This document shows, piece by piece, positions 49,286 through 61,834 of a stretch of 64,000 bases of DNA. This stretch comes from Tubiluchus corallicola (taxonomy: Eukaryota > Animalia > Priapulida). The notes beneath the pieces were generated by a model. The model ran no database searches. It had not been told where the DNA came from and saw only the letters and a program-made list of their open reading frames with translations. The position numbers were made by a program, and so were the translations under genes. The stretch is from positions 36,542 to 100,541 of the forward strand of contig JAQGDQ010000761.1 in NCBI GenBank assembly GCA_030141605.1. The letters run 5' to 3'. Within the stretch, counting starts at the first letter, position 1, and the number at the start of each line of letters is the position of its first letter.

Positions 49286-50283
49286 TTTATTTTTTATGAC
49301 AAATACATTGCGGCTCATCACTCGTTACAATGAAATACAATTAGTTGTAAATTCTAAAAATTGAATTATACTTTAGATTTCAAATACTAGTTGAAATGCT
49401 ATCAATACGGTTTAGAAGGAAGCATTTCAAAAACAACAATAGGTTGGCTGCACACTGGAAAATTGTTTAAATAGATTGAAAAAATATAATATGTTATAGC
49501 AATCAGGTGAAATGAGAATTAAGTGATTTAGTTAGGTTACTTTACTCTTTCACTACAGAGGGCAGCACACTGCCGCCTATGTTTTTCATGCAAGGAACGG
49601 AAGGCTGCTGCCCAAGCTCAGCACTAAGCGCTGTCACCCAAGTCTGTTTATTTCACTGCTACGGCCATGTAAAGACATTGTAGAAAAGTTTAACAGCCGT
49701 GGGATTGGGGTTGCTTTCCAACAAGTAACGCTAGGCAGCCAATCAGCATCTGAAGCCAGGTGCAGTCCACAATACTGTACTGTATAGTATGTTGCCAAGC
49801 AAAATCACTTGTAGATAGTTGGTGAAACGTATGTTTAGTTGATTGTTCAGCATTCTTATAAAATGATTGCATATTATGGATTAGTATTGTGTCTTTTGTG
49901 AAAACCGGTTTCTAAATATAATTACATGCTTATTTATGATTGTGTGCACATGTGTGCGTGCGTGCATGCATGAGTGCATGTATGTGTGCTTGCATACGTG
50001 TGAATGTGTGGAAATAAAACTAATATTTAATATTAGTACTGAATAACGAACAACTATTTGTTTAAATACAAAATTCTGTTTTAGTAACACACCACAAGAA
50101 GTTATTGTCAAATGTGCCCAGTTAAAAAGCAACAATGCAGTGAAAGGGTTAAGTGATCTCGGATTAATAATTAAAAATCGATAATGAAATAATAATAACA
50201 TAAAGACAAGCGCAGTGCCATACAGGAACAGATCATACAAAAGCATTTAGGGTACAAACAGGATGACCAAATCAATTTCATAC

Positions 50284-50357
50284 CTTATCTGTACGAAAAG
50301 TATCCCGTTTATGACATTTAGCATGTCCAGTATGCTGGTCATGCTTGGTGCTTGAAT
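50284..50357 (-). CDS. CLUH: CLUH penultimate exon
   Basis: tttcag|IQAPSMTSILDMLNVINGILFVQIS|gtatga. Confidence 0.9.
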
Positions 50358-50435
50358 CTGAAAGGAAAAAATCGTTTCAACTGAATGTCTTTCCATGGCA
50401 GGAAAGGTATTATGTCTTCCAGAACTTAGATAATA

Positions 50436-51457
50436 TCCATCTGTAATATTTACACAGAGATGTTACTATATTTTCTTGGCTTTGTCAGGTTATCCATCTG
50501 CAATATTTACACCTAGATGTTACTATATTTTCTTGGCTTTGTCAGGTTATCCATCTGCAATATTTACACCTAGATGTTACTATATTTTCTTGGCTTTGTC
50601 AGGTTATCCATCTGTAATATTTACACCTAGATGTTACTATATTTTCTTGGCTTCATCAAGTTATCCATCTGTGATATTTACACCTAGATGATACTATATT
50701 TTCTTGGCTTCATCAAGTTATCCATCTGTAATATTTACACCTAGATGATACTATATTTTCTTGGCTTCATCAGGTTATCCATCTGTAATATTTACACCTA
50801 GATGTTACTATATTTTCTTGGCTTCGTCAGATTATCCATCTGTAATATTTACACCTAGATGTTACTATATTTTCTTGGCTTCATCAGGTTATCCATCTGT
50901 AATATGTACACCTAGACGTTACTATATTTTCTTGGCTTTGTCAGGTTATCCATCTGTAATATTTACACCTAGATGATACTATATTTTCTTGGCTTCATCA
51001 GGTTATCCATCTGTGATATTTACACCTAGAGGTTACTATATTTTCTTGGCTTCATCAGGTTATCCATGTGTAATATTTACACCTAGATGATACTATATTT
51101 TCTTGGCTTCATCAGGTTATCCATCTGTGATATTTACACCTAGATGTTACTATATTTTCTTGGCTTCGTCAGGTTATCCATCTGTAATATTTACACCTAG
51201 ATGTTACTATATTTTCTTGGCTTCATCAGGTTATCCATCTGTAATATTTACACCTAGATGTTACTATATTTTCTTGGCTTCATCAGGTTATCCATGTGTA
51301 ATATTTACACCTAGATGATACTATATTTTCTTGGCTTCATCAGGTTATCCATCTGTAATATTTACACCTAGATGTTACTATATTTTCTTGGCTTCATCAG
51401 GTTATCCATCTGCAATATTTACACCTAGATGATACTATATTTTCTTGGCTTCATCAG
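50436..51457. repeat. 57-bp minisatellite, ~18 copies, in a CLUH intron
   Basis: Unit tatccatctgtaatatttacacctagatgttactatattttcttggcttcatcaggt. Confidence 0.96.
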
Positions 51458-51688
51458 GGCCGAAGAAGACTGAACCAGAAATCTCTAGCTTTTCAAAAAC
51501 CTTCCAACTGTCAGCTGTAGAAAGTTAAAACTTGCAACCCTGATTAAAGGGATTAAAAGGATTTAGGATACATCCTGTAACTTCTCCCAAGTGTAAACAG
51601 GGCTTTTGTCAGAGACATCTATTCACAGCAATACACAGAAGACATACCATAAATGAAGCCAAGTGAAAATAGGCGTCACAATGGATAC

Positions 51689-51823
51689 CTGTAACGGTGG
51701 GAAGTCGTCGGTCGCATTGCCTTTGTAAATTTCGTTCATTTTCTTCTGCAAGACAACTGCCTGTTGCGTCAAATGTTTCAAGCATTCGCTGCTTTCTTTA
51801 GTTTTCTCGTGTTCTTCTCCCAG
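51689..51823 (-). CDS. CLUH: CLUH exon
   Basis: tttcag|[45 protein letters not shown]|gtatcc. Confidence 0.92.
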
Positions 51824-51962
51824 CTGAAAGAGAAACCGCAGTGAAAAAACGTAGAAAAACAAAGACAACGAATTGACTACAATAAGAGATGAAATTACTA
51901 GCATGCACGCTTATACCAGAATAATTTATTTGCTTCATTTCCAAATAAACATAAAGAACTGC

Positions 51963-52236
51963 AGCCGGTTTAGTCTAGTGGTAATGCGTCTGCTTTCCGT
52001 CTGGGAGGTCGTGAGATCGAACCAGCGGCCGAGTCATACCAAAGACTTTAAAAATGGTACCTGCTGTTGCCCTGCCTGACGAGTGGTATTTAGGGTAAAA
52101 GTGGGGTAATAATAGTCTCTGTTATGTAGTTGTAGGTTGTTATTTACAGTCGGCGATAATAGCTCTTTGAGGTAATGTTAATTGTTGACCCAAAAGCCGA
52201 CTTTAAATAAAAATTATTGTTATTATTGTTATTATT
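51963..52236 (+). mobile_element. tRNA-derived SINE with a Meta/MESC-like core
   Basis: A box tagtctagtgg, B box gatcgaacc, core gtcataccaaagactttaaaaatggtacctgctg, (tta/ttg)n tail. The core assignment is from memory. Confidence 0.7.
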
Positions 52237-53629
52237 ACAGTAAGCCCTCGCTTAACGACTTCCCGTTTAACGACGTTTCGTTTTAACGATGCTGAACCTT
52301 TGACATCCTTTCCTCACTTAACGACGCACGTTTCATTTCAACGATGGTTTTTTTACTTTGCTCACAGCCATTTTTCATTTTATCAGCAACTTTTTTACCT
52401 AATTTGAAGTATAAAAGTGGTAGAAATTGCGTTATTCCGTCCTAAAAACACGTTAGTAACCTAAACAGCGCAATTTTTATTCCATTTTTGCTCCTCTGCT
52501 GTCTATGTACTAAATTCTAGCCGTTTGTGTCAAACGAGATCTATTTGCTGATTTCTCCAGGCACACGAGAAAAAAGCAAAACCGGATCCAAATTTAAACT
52601 GTAGGTCAAAACAATCTACTGTTTAAAATATTGAAGGGCACCATACCATCTTTCAAAAATGACTTAAGTGAAAGAATTATTACCACACAAACACGATTTC
52701 ACATTCGCGCCACTAGTTCTTCGTTGTTACATGTTTTTCGCCATTCGTTAGTTAGATGGACACTAGCGCCTGCATTTCGGAAATGCATTGCACAAAAAAC
52801 AGCTGCCGTGCCTCTCAATTCATACGTGTTTGGTTATGACGAACTGCACATGTTGTACAGCTCATACGTGAGCACAGCAGTAAATTTGAAATTCGAATTT
52901 TTATATTTGAACTTGCCTAGTTTTAGCACAACATACTGAAGATCATACAGTAGAGCACTGTACTTCAATTTTCACTTCTCACATGTGGAATATTTTGACT
53001 GTTGAAAATAATGTTAGTTTGTGATGCCATCAATAGTTGGGCTCGCCCGCCATTAATTAAGATTTGAATCTATTATTTAATTATCAGAAATGCTTTTGCA
53101 GTATTAATTGTGTTAAAATGTACACTTTCTATCGGACTTGAAAATGGGGTGGTATATGAAAAATCATCCTGTCTTCCTTTAACAAAGATTATAACGTGGT
53201 TATGGGGACAGCTTTAAAGGACAACTTTAGGGGGAGCTGCACAAAAGCTGAAAAATAAACGAGTCTCGTAAAACTAACATTTCAATTTTTCAGTCGGGGT
53301 TTATGCAGCACTAATAAGCCAAGCAAATAATTGCAAAATGATCTCTACTACCTTTTTCTTGCGAAAACAGCATTATCTAACAAGATTTACAAGGTTGAAA
53401 TTGGATGATCCAGTGTGCTACGGAAATGTACGAAAGTGACTGACAGTTGCGAGGGCTGCAAACCTCACAACTGCTAATTAAAATTCGTCGTTACTCTTGC
53501 ACATAATGTGAAATCTTGAACGGTAGACACTCCATTCAAAATCAGACCACGTGCTGCTGTTATGGTAACAGGGTCATCTGAACAGTATAAACGGCCCCTG
53601 GGAAAACCAGTGCACTGGGGTCCTTACAC

Positions 53630-54121
53630 CAGGGATGAGAATGACAAATTGCAAAAAACTCTGAAACAGGCCGAGGGTTTGGGGGCCACCTAGGCCCCAA
53701 TGGAGTTGAAATTGCAATTCTGTGACTGCAGAGAACCTCTAAGTGGACTTAAAATATCAATTACCTTGTTTCCTGCATAATTTAAAATACCCAACTATCA
53801 AGGATACATGATACCTAATTGTCTCAAAAACGCCTAAGTACTGGCCGCTCCTATGCAAAAGTATATAAAAACGTTCTGCAATTGACTGAAATAACTCCGC
53901 ACAATTGATTCTATATTTTTATACATAGAGATATACACGTGGTTACACTGATGTACGTGATGTAAACAAAGTGACGGCCTGCCAACTAGCGGTCAGCTTG
54001 TGAAATAATGTACTGGGTCTGTAAAAATTTTCTCAACGAATTTACGCGATTTACAAAAATGGCACTACTAGTCTTCCAAAAACTCGGAATTCCACGTATC
54101 CGCAGAAAATTCTCATCCCTG
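53630..54121. mobile_element. hAT-like MITE family B
   Basis: TIR cagggatgagaat; perfect 8-bp TSD ccttacac. Confidence 0.9.
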
Positions 54122-54507
54122 CCTTACACACACAACCATTCACAGGAATAAAAATGTAAATGGTCGACAAAATTAAACATATATAAATAATAATAATAAA
54201 CTTATTTGGAAGTGTAAATACAAATACAATATCAAGAAACACTGGGAAAAAATAGATATTAATAATAATGATTATATGACAGCGTGCATAGAATAAATGG
54301 CAAGAACCAGAAGTAAAACTTGTTAGGTGCTTGCACCATCATAAACACGTTCAAATAATGAGGAAAAAGAACAAAAAAAAACCTGAAGGTTTTTAGACAA
54401 TTTAAAAAAAGAGTTGTGCAAAGTAAGGATAGTAGTGATGGATAAAAGAATGTTCAAAAGGGTAGGAAGAGTGGCTTGTGGAGATTCGGCTCATGAGACG
54501 ACGAAGC

Positions 54508-55451
54508 ACTCAGGATTCTACTCAAAAAGAACACAAAGTTGTGACTGTTGTGTCACACAGGAACAGTAGGTGGTTATCAAGACTAGTTTATATAAGTAGC
54601 AAACAGATATCGTTTAACTGACGTTTTAAAGAGGTAAATGTTACACTCTGGATTCTACTCAAAAAGAACACAAAGTTGTGACTGTTGTGTCACACAGGAA
54701 CAGTAGGTGGTTATCAAGACTAGTTTATATCAGAAGCAAACAGATATCGTTTAACTGACGTTTTAAAGCGGTAAATGTTACATACACTCAGGATTCTACT
54801 CAAAAAGAACACAAAGTTGTGACTGTTGTGTCACACAGGAACAGTAGGTGGTTATCAAGACTAGTTTATATCAGAAGCAAACAGATATCGTTTAACTGAC
54901 GTTTTAAAGCGGTAAATGTTACATACACTCAGGATTCTACTCAAAAAGAACACAAAGTTGTGACTGTTGTGTCACACAGGAACAGTAGGTGGTTATCAAG
55001 ACTAGTTTATATCAGAAGCAAACAGATATCGTTTAACTGACGTTTTAAAGCGGTAAATGTTACATACACTCAGGATTCTACTCAAAAAGAACACAAAGTT
55101 GTGACTGTTGTGTCACACAGGAACAGCAGGTGGTTATCAAGACTAGTTTATATCAGAAGCAAACAGATATCGTTTAACTGACGTTTTAAAGCGGTAAATG
55201 TTACACTCTGGATTCTACTCAAAAAGAACACAAAGTTGTGACTGTTGTGTCACACAGGAACAGCAGGTGGTTATCAAGACTAGTTTATATCAGAAGCAAA
55301 CAGATATCGTTTAACTGACGTTTTAAAGCGGTAAATGTTACACTCTGGATTCTACTCAAAAAGAACACAAAGTTGTGACTGTTGTGTCACACAGGAACAG
55401 TAGGCGGTTATCAAGACTAGTTTATATAAGAAGCAAACAGATATCGTTTAA
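54508..55451. repeat. 118-122 bp tandem repeat, ~8 copies, derived from a LINE end
   Basis: Unit ggattctactcaaaaagaacacaaagttgtgac..ggtaaatgttaca. The minus strand reads NIY(L/R)FKTSVKRYLFA, like a LINE ORF2 C-terminus. Confidence 0.9.
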
Positions 55452-56292
55452 TATATATATATATACATATACATTAAACGATATATATATATATATATAT
55501 ATATTAAACGATATATATTTTACTGTATTTGTACCTTCAACAAAATTAATGTTAAAAATTTTAAAAAAACATGCTGTACAGCAAGATATAACATGCACCT
55601 TGAAAAACACTGAAATTTCAAAATGTAAATGGTACACAATTTGCTAAACCATACAGACAGAGGTGGCACAGTTATTGTGAATTATTTATTATTAATCAAG
55701 TGTTCAACACAAACATTCACCAAGTTTCTTTGCAGAGAATTGCTTTATGATTGGCTTGAAATGAAAGGTCTTCAGGACGTCATTTCCAAGTCACAACATA
55801 CGTAAGATTAGCCTGCACTCACCCCCCCCCCCCAAACGGGCAACTGCCCAATGTGCCCATGTGTTAAGACGACCCTGATGCTGAACATTGAAAACCCGTA
55901 TGGATACTTAAAAATTGCAGCAAATTTACGCTAACAGTTTCATATTAAAAACACGCTTACAGTAGGCCATAAGAGATTTCTTGCTATTTTCTTAAATACA
56001 GTATTTCTGGATTAAAAGTTCGCAAAAATGCCAAAATCAAGGCTTTACTGCGTTTAGCATTTTCACATTGTTTTTGGTTTCTCTACAGTAAACAGTGTAG
56101 TACTGCAGTGCCACGATTAGTGCTATGAAAACATTGGTTTATCTACCGTAAACAGTGCAGTACTGCACTGCTACGATTACTGCTATGGACAACAGTTTAT
56201 CTACGGTAAACAGCACGGTACTGCTTTGCCACGATTACTGCTATGAAAAACAACAATACTACACAGTGACAAAACAAGTGAACGTTACTTAC

Positions 56293-56422
56293 AAGATTAC
56301 GGTAAATGGTAAACGTTTCCTTCTCGCTCTGCAAAGCACCTCGGAAATCACCCTGACAAGATTGAACACGCGCTTTTAGGTGGTAGTTGATGGCTACTTT
56401 CATGCTTCGATTACTATGATAT
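56293..56422 (-). CDS. CLUH: CLUH exon (TPR region)
   Basis: ttttag|YHSNRSMKVAINYHLKARVQSCQGDFRGALQSEKETFTIYRNL|gtaagt. Confidence 0.92.
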
Positions 56423-56681
56423 CTAAAAAAAAACATTCGATAATTAATAAAGAGAAAACTCGGCACAGTATAGAAGAATTCAACTCAGTTTATTGTAGAA
56501 CCACACTGACCGGTACACTTGGCCTGAGAAGTGCAAAAGTAATAACAATGTTAGAAATACTTAAAGTAAATGCGCGGTCACTTTTTATAATTATGAAAAC
56601 CAGCAAGTTGAGCAGAAAAGAAATTAAATCAAATACCCCAGTTTTTATGCAAGCAACTATGTGAATTAGTTAATAAAACTA

Positions 56682-57230
56682 CATGTGTGCTTGCATAACA
56701 AAATCATCCATAAGTTGGCAATTAAGCTTTTCTAGTTATTCACTTATTTCCATTTCACGAGGATCATTTTGATACCAAGTTCATCACTCTATGTTATTTC
56801 TACGCTGAGATAATCCACGTTGAAGTTGAGGTGCAGGCTACACACTGAAAAACAATCTTGAGAAAATCGCTGTTAAAGTCAGCCATTGTTTTTTGTCGCG
56901 TTTCTACAAAACACTTAGCAACCGCACAAATGTTGGTTGCTACGGACTTTGCAAGAGCACGTTGAAGTTATGTTTAAGTCCAGTAGATGGCTCTTACTAA
57001 CGAAGATCTGGGCTTGGCAATAGAAAAAACCCGAAGCAAAATGAATGCTTCCACAAGCTACTATTGGAGTCTGAAAAAAGGAGTTTTTTCCTATTGCATT
57101 ACTAGTTTCTAGACAGAAAAGTGGGTAAGGAGTTATAAAATTGAACTTTTAGTGTTTTTTGAACACTTTGTTGATAATTTGGTACTACAACATAAAAGTT
57201 CAATACATTTAGCGTTGGTTTTTACAAAAT
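56682..57230 (-). mobile_element. Interspersed repeat family C, inverted copy in a CLUH intron
   Basis: Matches the reverse complement of 46700-47286; flanked by a ~63-bp direct duplication. Confidence 0.78.
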
Positions 57231-58666
57231 ACAAAAAGAAATGAAATCAAATACCCCAGTTTTTATGCGAGCAACTATGTGAATTAATTAATAAAACTAA
57301 TTAACTACTGCTCATCAATTTCAATATTTGCACTCGCCGAACTTTGGCTGCGTATTGTGATTGTCCGAAGAGCATTATGGATTGGCTGTGCCTGTATTTA
57401 CGTGGTAAATGATACAGTAGCTATTGTACGTGTCTGAAACTCAATTTGCGCAACTGTCTGGGTATGCTTGGAAAAAATAAGCACGCCAGCGGAAAGAGGA
57501 CGAAACGGTCTATAAGGTGGTGGTGGCTTCACTAGGAGAGATGTATGCTGGACGAAACGGGGGGAATGTATTTCGAAGTTCGTTTTCTACCCCCTGTGCT
57601 GCACGCTAGTTGGAACATCCATTGTATTAGAATTTGAGAAATTACGTGGCTGTTCCATGCATTGTCTTCACCCGTCGTCCTACAATGCTATGGATTTGTA
57701 TAGTGTATTTGTATAGATTCCTACAGTGTATAGATAGTCTTGTAGGTTCTGTTAGCCTATTATCATCTGAGAATCAGCAAGCAAAAACTATGTAGAATGT
57801 CCGCACATTATTGATCATTGGTAGATGCGCCTAATAGTGTTATAGCACACAATTTTGAATAGTTTTGTTGTGATGTTGCGCTGTTGGCAGTACAGAAGTT
57901 TGTTTTTGTTTTGTTCAACTTTTTTGTACGTTATACGTGTGCAAAATACCCCGAGCTCTGAAGTTTGTTTTTGTTTTGTTCAACTTTTTTGTACGTTATA
58001 AGGTTTAGGGTTTTTCTAACATTACTACTGCTTTTATGCTTCTCACGGCAAGTGTACTAGAGAGCGCAGTTCTCATTTTAAAATGGGTAATTAATAACTT
58101 TTACAGAGCTTTGTGCATTTATTCAATAGGATGTTGAACAGGATGCCTGTAGGCAAAAAAACTAAACTCACATCTCAGTCTTCCGGAGAAAAGCGGGGAG
58201 ATGTTGGTTCGAATTTGCCGAATGTCTGTATTTACTGATACTAAGGTAAGTACAGTAGGCGCCATGTATTTTGCTCACGGTTATGTCGAAACAATGGCCT
58301 ATTTGTCTCAAAAACGTCTAGTATGGCCAATGCTATGCAAAAGTATATAAAAGCTGTCGGCAACGGACTCAAATAACTCGGCATAATTGACTCTAAACCA
58401 CTTACACACGCGGATTAAGCCACTAAACACGCTTACATACAAGCTACACATGTCATTACATGTTGCTTCGATGTAAACAAAGTGGCGGCCGACCAACTAG
58501 TGGTCAGCTCGTGAAACAACGTACTATGTCCATAGTATGTGGGACTTTTTGACGGACCGCATTTTGTCAGAATTTTCAGATATCCGTAAAAGCGAGGTCC
58601 GGCAAACCTAGATGTGAACGTACTTTACAATGCAAAATAAAGAGTACATTGTTTTATAACACTTTG

Positions 58667-58906
58667 CAATAAAACTTGCGTATTAAAAAAAGAAAGACTT
58701 ACTTCACAATAAAACTTGCGTATTAAAAAAAGAAAGACTTACTTCACAATAAAACTTGCGTATTAAAAAAAGAAAGACTTGCTTCACAATAAAACTTGCG
58801 TATTAAAAAAAGAAAGACTTACTTCACAATAAAACTTGCGTATTAAAAAAAGAAAGACTTACTTCACAATAAAACTCGCGTATTAAAATAAGAGACTTAC
58901 TTCACA
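58667..58906. repeat. 40-bp tandem repeat, ~6 copies, spanning a CLUH splice donor
   Basis: Unit acttcacaataaaacttgcgtattaaaaaaagaaagactt; the minus strand contains GTGAA|gtaagt. Confidence 0.93.
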
Positions 58907-58986
58907 CTCAGGGCAAGAGCTTTGTCCAGAAAACGCAATGCTAATTCGTGTTCACTGACAGCGTGCAATATCAAACCAATATTGCT
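58901..58986 (-). CDS. CLUH: CLUH exon (TPR region)
   Basis: cttccag|SNIGLILHAVSEHELALRFLDKALALSVK|gtaagt. Confidence 0.92.
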
Positions 58987-60077
58987 CTGGAAGAAACATA
59001 CACAACTAGTTGACAATGTCTCTGACCTGGCCAGAAACTGAAGATTTTGCAAACAATAGTTACAGTCTTGTACAGATGCTAGCCCTTTTGCTTGAAAATT
59101 AGAATTTAGAATTTCACTGAATTTGCTTTGTTGTTTGAACTGCGCTTCACCACGAAATCACAACATTCAACTTTTTAACCCACGACCCATGGGTCAAAGG
59201 TCAACCAATCATGGCGTAACTTAGACCACTCAACTTATCTCATTGAGACCTTTCATTTGATATACTACAACGTAATTTCGGTTAACACGTAAAGGCATAA
59301 CATCCACAATAACATTCTACTACTCATGTTAGGACATTATTATTACTATGATCGCAGTTTACTAGCACCAACAGCTAAGGGGATTTTAATTCGCCCGAGT
59401 TTGCCATTGTGTTCTGGCATAGCAATAACCCAGTAGGAAGAGAATTGGAAACGATAACTGAAATAAATACTGTTAGAAAACAGCATTGTTTCACAGAGGC
59501 AGACGTCAAAACATTTTTTTGCTGTCCATGGGTGAAATACTATTCAGGGGTTATTAAATTAACACCAAGGGTTGTCGTCCACTTACGACCACAATCGGTT
59601 CGAGAGAATTGACCGTAAATTGAACTGTAAGGAAGTGGGACCCGTGTATTCAAGTGCTGCGCCCTTAAACGCAAGGCCTGCGATGAATTTATCAAAACGG
59701 CCATTTAAAGTTAAATTGTTTAAAAAATAGAAGGAAAAATGATGGGCTTTGTATAATTAATTAATTAACGTGTGGAAGTGTCATAAAGTGGAGCAAGTCG
59801 ACGACTGCCCGCACCTCGGAGTCGCGTAGGTCGCAAGTCGACGACGACCCGTACGTCGGAGTCGCGTAGGTCGCAAGTCGACGACAACCTGTACTCACTT
59901 CAAATAATGCAAAAATTTCAACTGATTTAAAAGCAATGTAGTTTTTGAACAAGCAGCCATGCCTGCTTATATAAACATTTTTGAAAATTTTCAAATAAAA
60001 ATTTTAAATCTCTGAAACGCATTAGTCATCTAATGTTTATTCTTCGCACGTAATTATACTCATCTAACGACGCTTAC

Positions 60078-60203
60078 ATCTAATAAAGACAATTCCGGAT
60101 GATTCTCTCCGTGTATCAGCAGTACCAGGTAACGCGCTCTGTACAGTAACTTCAGAGCCGTAGAGATGTGAGAGTTAGCAAAGCAATACAAAGCTAGATG
60201 CGT
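60078..60203 (-). CDS. CLUH: CLUH exon (TPR region)
   Basis: tttcag|[42 protein letters not shown]|gtaagc. Confidence 0.93.
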
Positions 60204-60594
60204 CTGAAAAAATAATAAGAAAATAAAGTATGAAAATATGGAGATACAGTACACAGTACTTTTTCTACCTAGCAGCAGACGCTAGCGTACAGCGTGTTAT
60301 CTCAGACATGTGCACATGGCTGCATCCGAGGTAATTATTATTTAATGTAAGCTTTGATTTAAAATAAGCTATTGTAGTTTTCAATATTTTAGAGTATTTT
60401 CAATATAATACATTCTTTATTCTGAACTAATGTTTACACAATCATCCGATTTTCCTTTAATTTGTAATCATTTAGTTATGTCTGTGCTCATACAGTAGCA
60501 GAAAAGTCATAGGTCTGAAAAGACCTATAATGAATTGCGCAGTGCTGAAGGAGTTAAAGCACAGAATGACTGCAGGTAAGGAAGAACACAACAG

Positions 60595-60942
60595 CAGGGA
60601 TGCGAATTACAAATTGCAAAAAAAACTCTGCAAGGATACATGATACCTAATTGTCTCAAAAATGCCTAAGTACTGGCCGCTCCTATGCAAAAGTATATAA
60701 AAACTGTCTGCAATTGACTCAAATAACTCTGCACAATTGATTCTATATTTTTATACATAGAGATTACACTGATGTACGTGATGTAAACAAAGTGACGGCC
60801 TGCCAACTAGCGATCAGTTTGTGAAATAATGTACTGGGTCCGTAAAAATTTTCTCAAGGAATTTACGCGATTTACAAAAATGGCACTACTGGTCTTCCAA
60901 AAACTCGGAATTCTGCGTGTCCGCGGAAAATTCTCATCCCTG
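60595..60942. mobile_element. hAT-like MITE family B, internally deleted
   Basis: cagggatg...catccctg with perfect 8-bp TSD cacaacag. Confidence 0.88.
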
Positions 60943-61095
60943 CACAACAGCGGAAATCTTTGATGACAATTACACAGATAGTAAATATCTACAGTAGGTT
61001 GGAATCATAGTAAATAATAATAATGAATAAGTAAGTATGTATGAAATAAATAAATCTGAATCTGATATCTAAGCAAGGTACAATCAATAACATAC

Positions 61096-61207
61096 ATATT
61101 CCGTAACTGTGTTTGGATGATCAATGCCCATCACTCGTTCGCTCATCAATACAGCTTTCTGCTGCTGGGCCATGGCCTCTGCATAGTCTCCCATTATATA
61201 ATTAAGC
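61096..61207 (-). CDS. CLUH: CLUH exon (TPR region)
   Basis: ttttag|[37 protein letters not shown]|gtatgt. Confidence 0.93.
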
Positions 61208-61334
61208 CTAAAAAAAGCACATTTCTAGAAAATATTGCATCACGAAATTAATCTAATAGGCCTAAATACTCAAAAGACTTACAATTTTAATAAACTGCTC
61301 AAGTATTTTCACGGCTAAGCTAAAAAAATCATTA

Positions 61335-61665
61335 ACATATACTTAGTTAATTAATGTAATTAACAGATAATTTATTTGCTTTCATCCAGTCATCAATCTC
61401 TTTTTTAGTTCATTGTTAGTGCGATGTTGTAAAGTTGAATAGTTAGTAGATGTGAGGAAGAGACTTGTGTCATCAGCAAAAAGACGAGTGTTAAAATTAG
61501 TAGCAAGAGGTAGGTCATTGATATAGATCAGGAAAAGCAGCGGCCCAAGAGTTGATCCTTGAGGTACACCACAGTTTATATCTAGCAAATCAGAGCATGT
61601 ATTGTTAATAGTGGTGAACTGTTGTCGGTTAGTTAAGTAAGATTTAAGGAGTTCCAAGACACTGA
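61335..61665 (-). mobile_element. CR1/L2-group LINE reverse transcriptase fragment in a CLUH intron
   Basis: [39 protein letters not shown], then after a frameshift [14 protein letters not shown]. Confidence 0.9.
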
Positions 61666-61673
61666 TTTCAAAC

Positions 61674-61834
61674 CTTGCCAGCAGGCGGAGACACGTGGCT
61701 ATCTCCGGATGCATCGCACCATAAACATTGTTCAGCAAATTTAAAGCCTCCGAGATGAGCTCGTATCCCTCCTTTAGAAAACCTTGTTGTATTTTATTTT
61801 GTCCCGTACTGAAGAAGCTGTGCGCATCTGTTGC
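61674..61834 (-). CDS. CLUH: CLUH exon (TPR region)
   Basis: tttcag|[54 protein letters not shown]|gtttga. Confidence 0.93.

Noticed and set aside
48966-49321. Poly-L/N/C/Y ORFs (and the poly-RE/LS ORFs at 8066-8330)
   Set aside because: Microsatellite translations.
50436-51457. Hammerhead ribozyme (retrozyme) array: the minus strand of each 57-bp unit has CTGATGA..GAAA
   Set aside because: No stem II between CUGAUGA and GAAA, and no stem I pairing after the candidate UH site; treated as a plain minisatellite.
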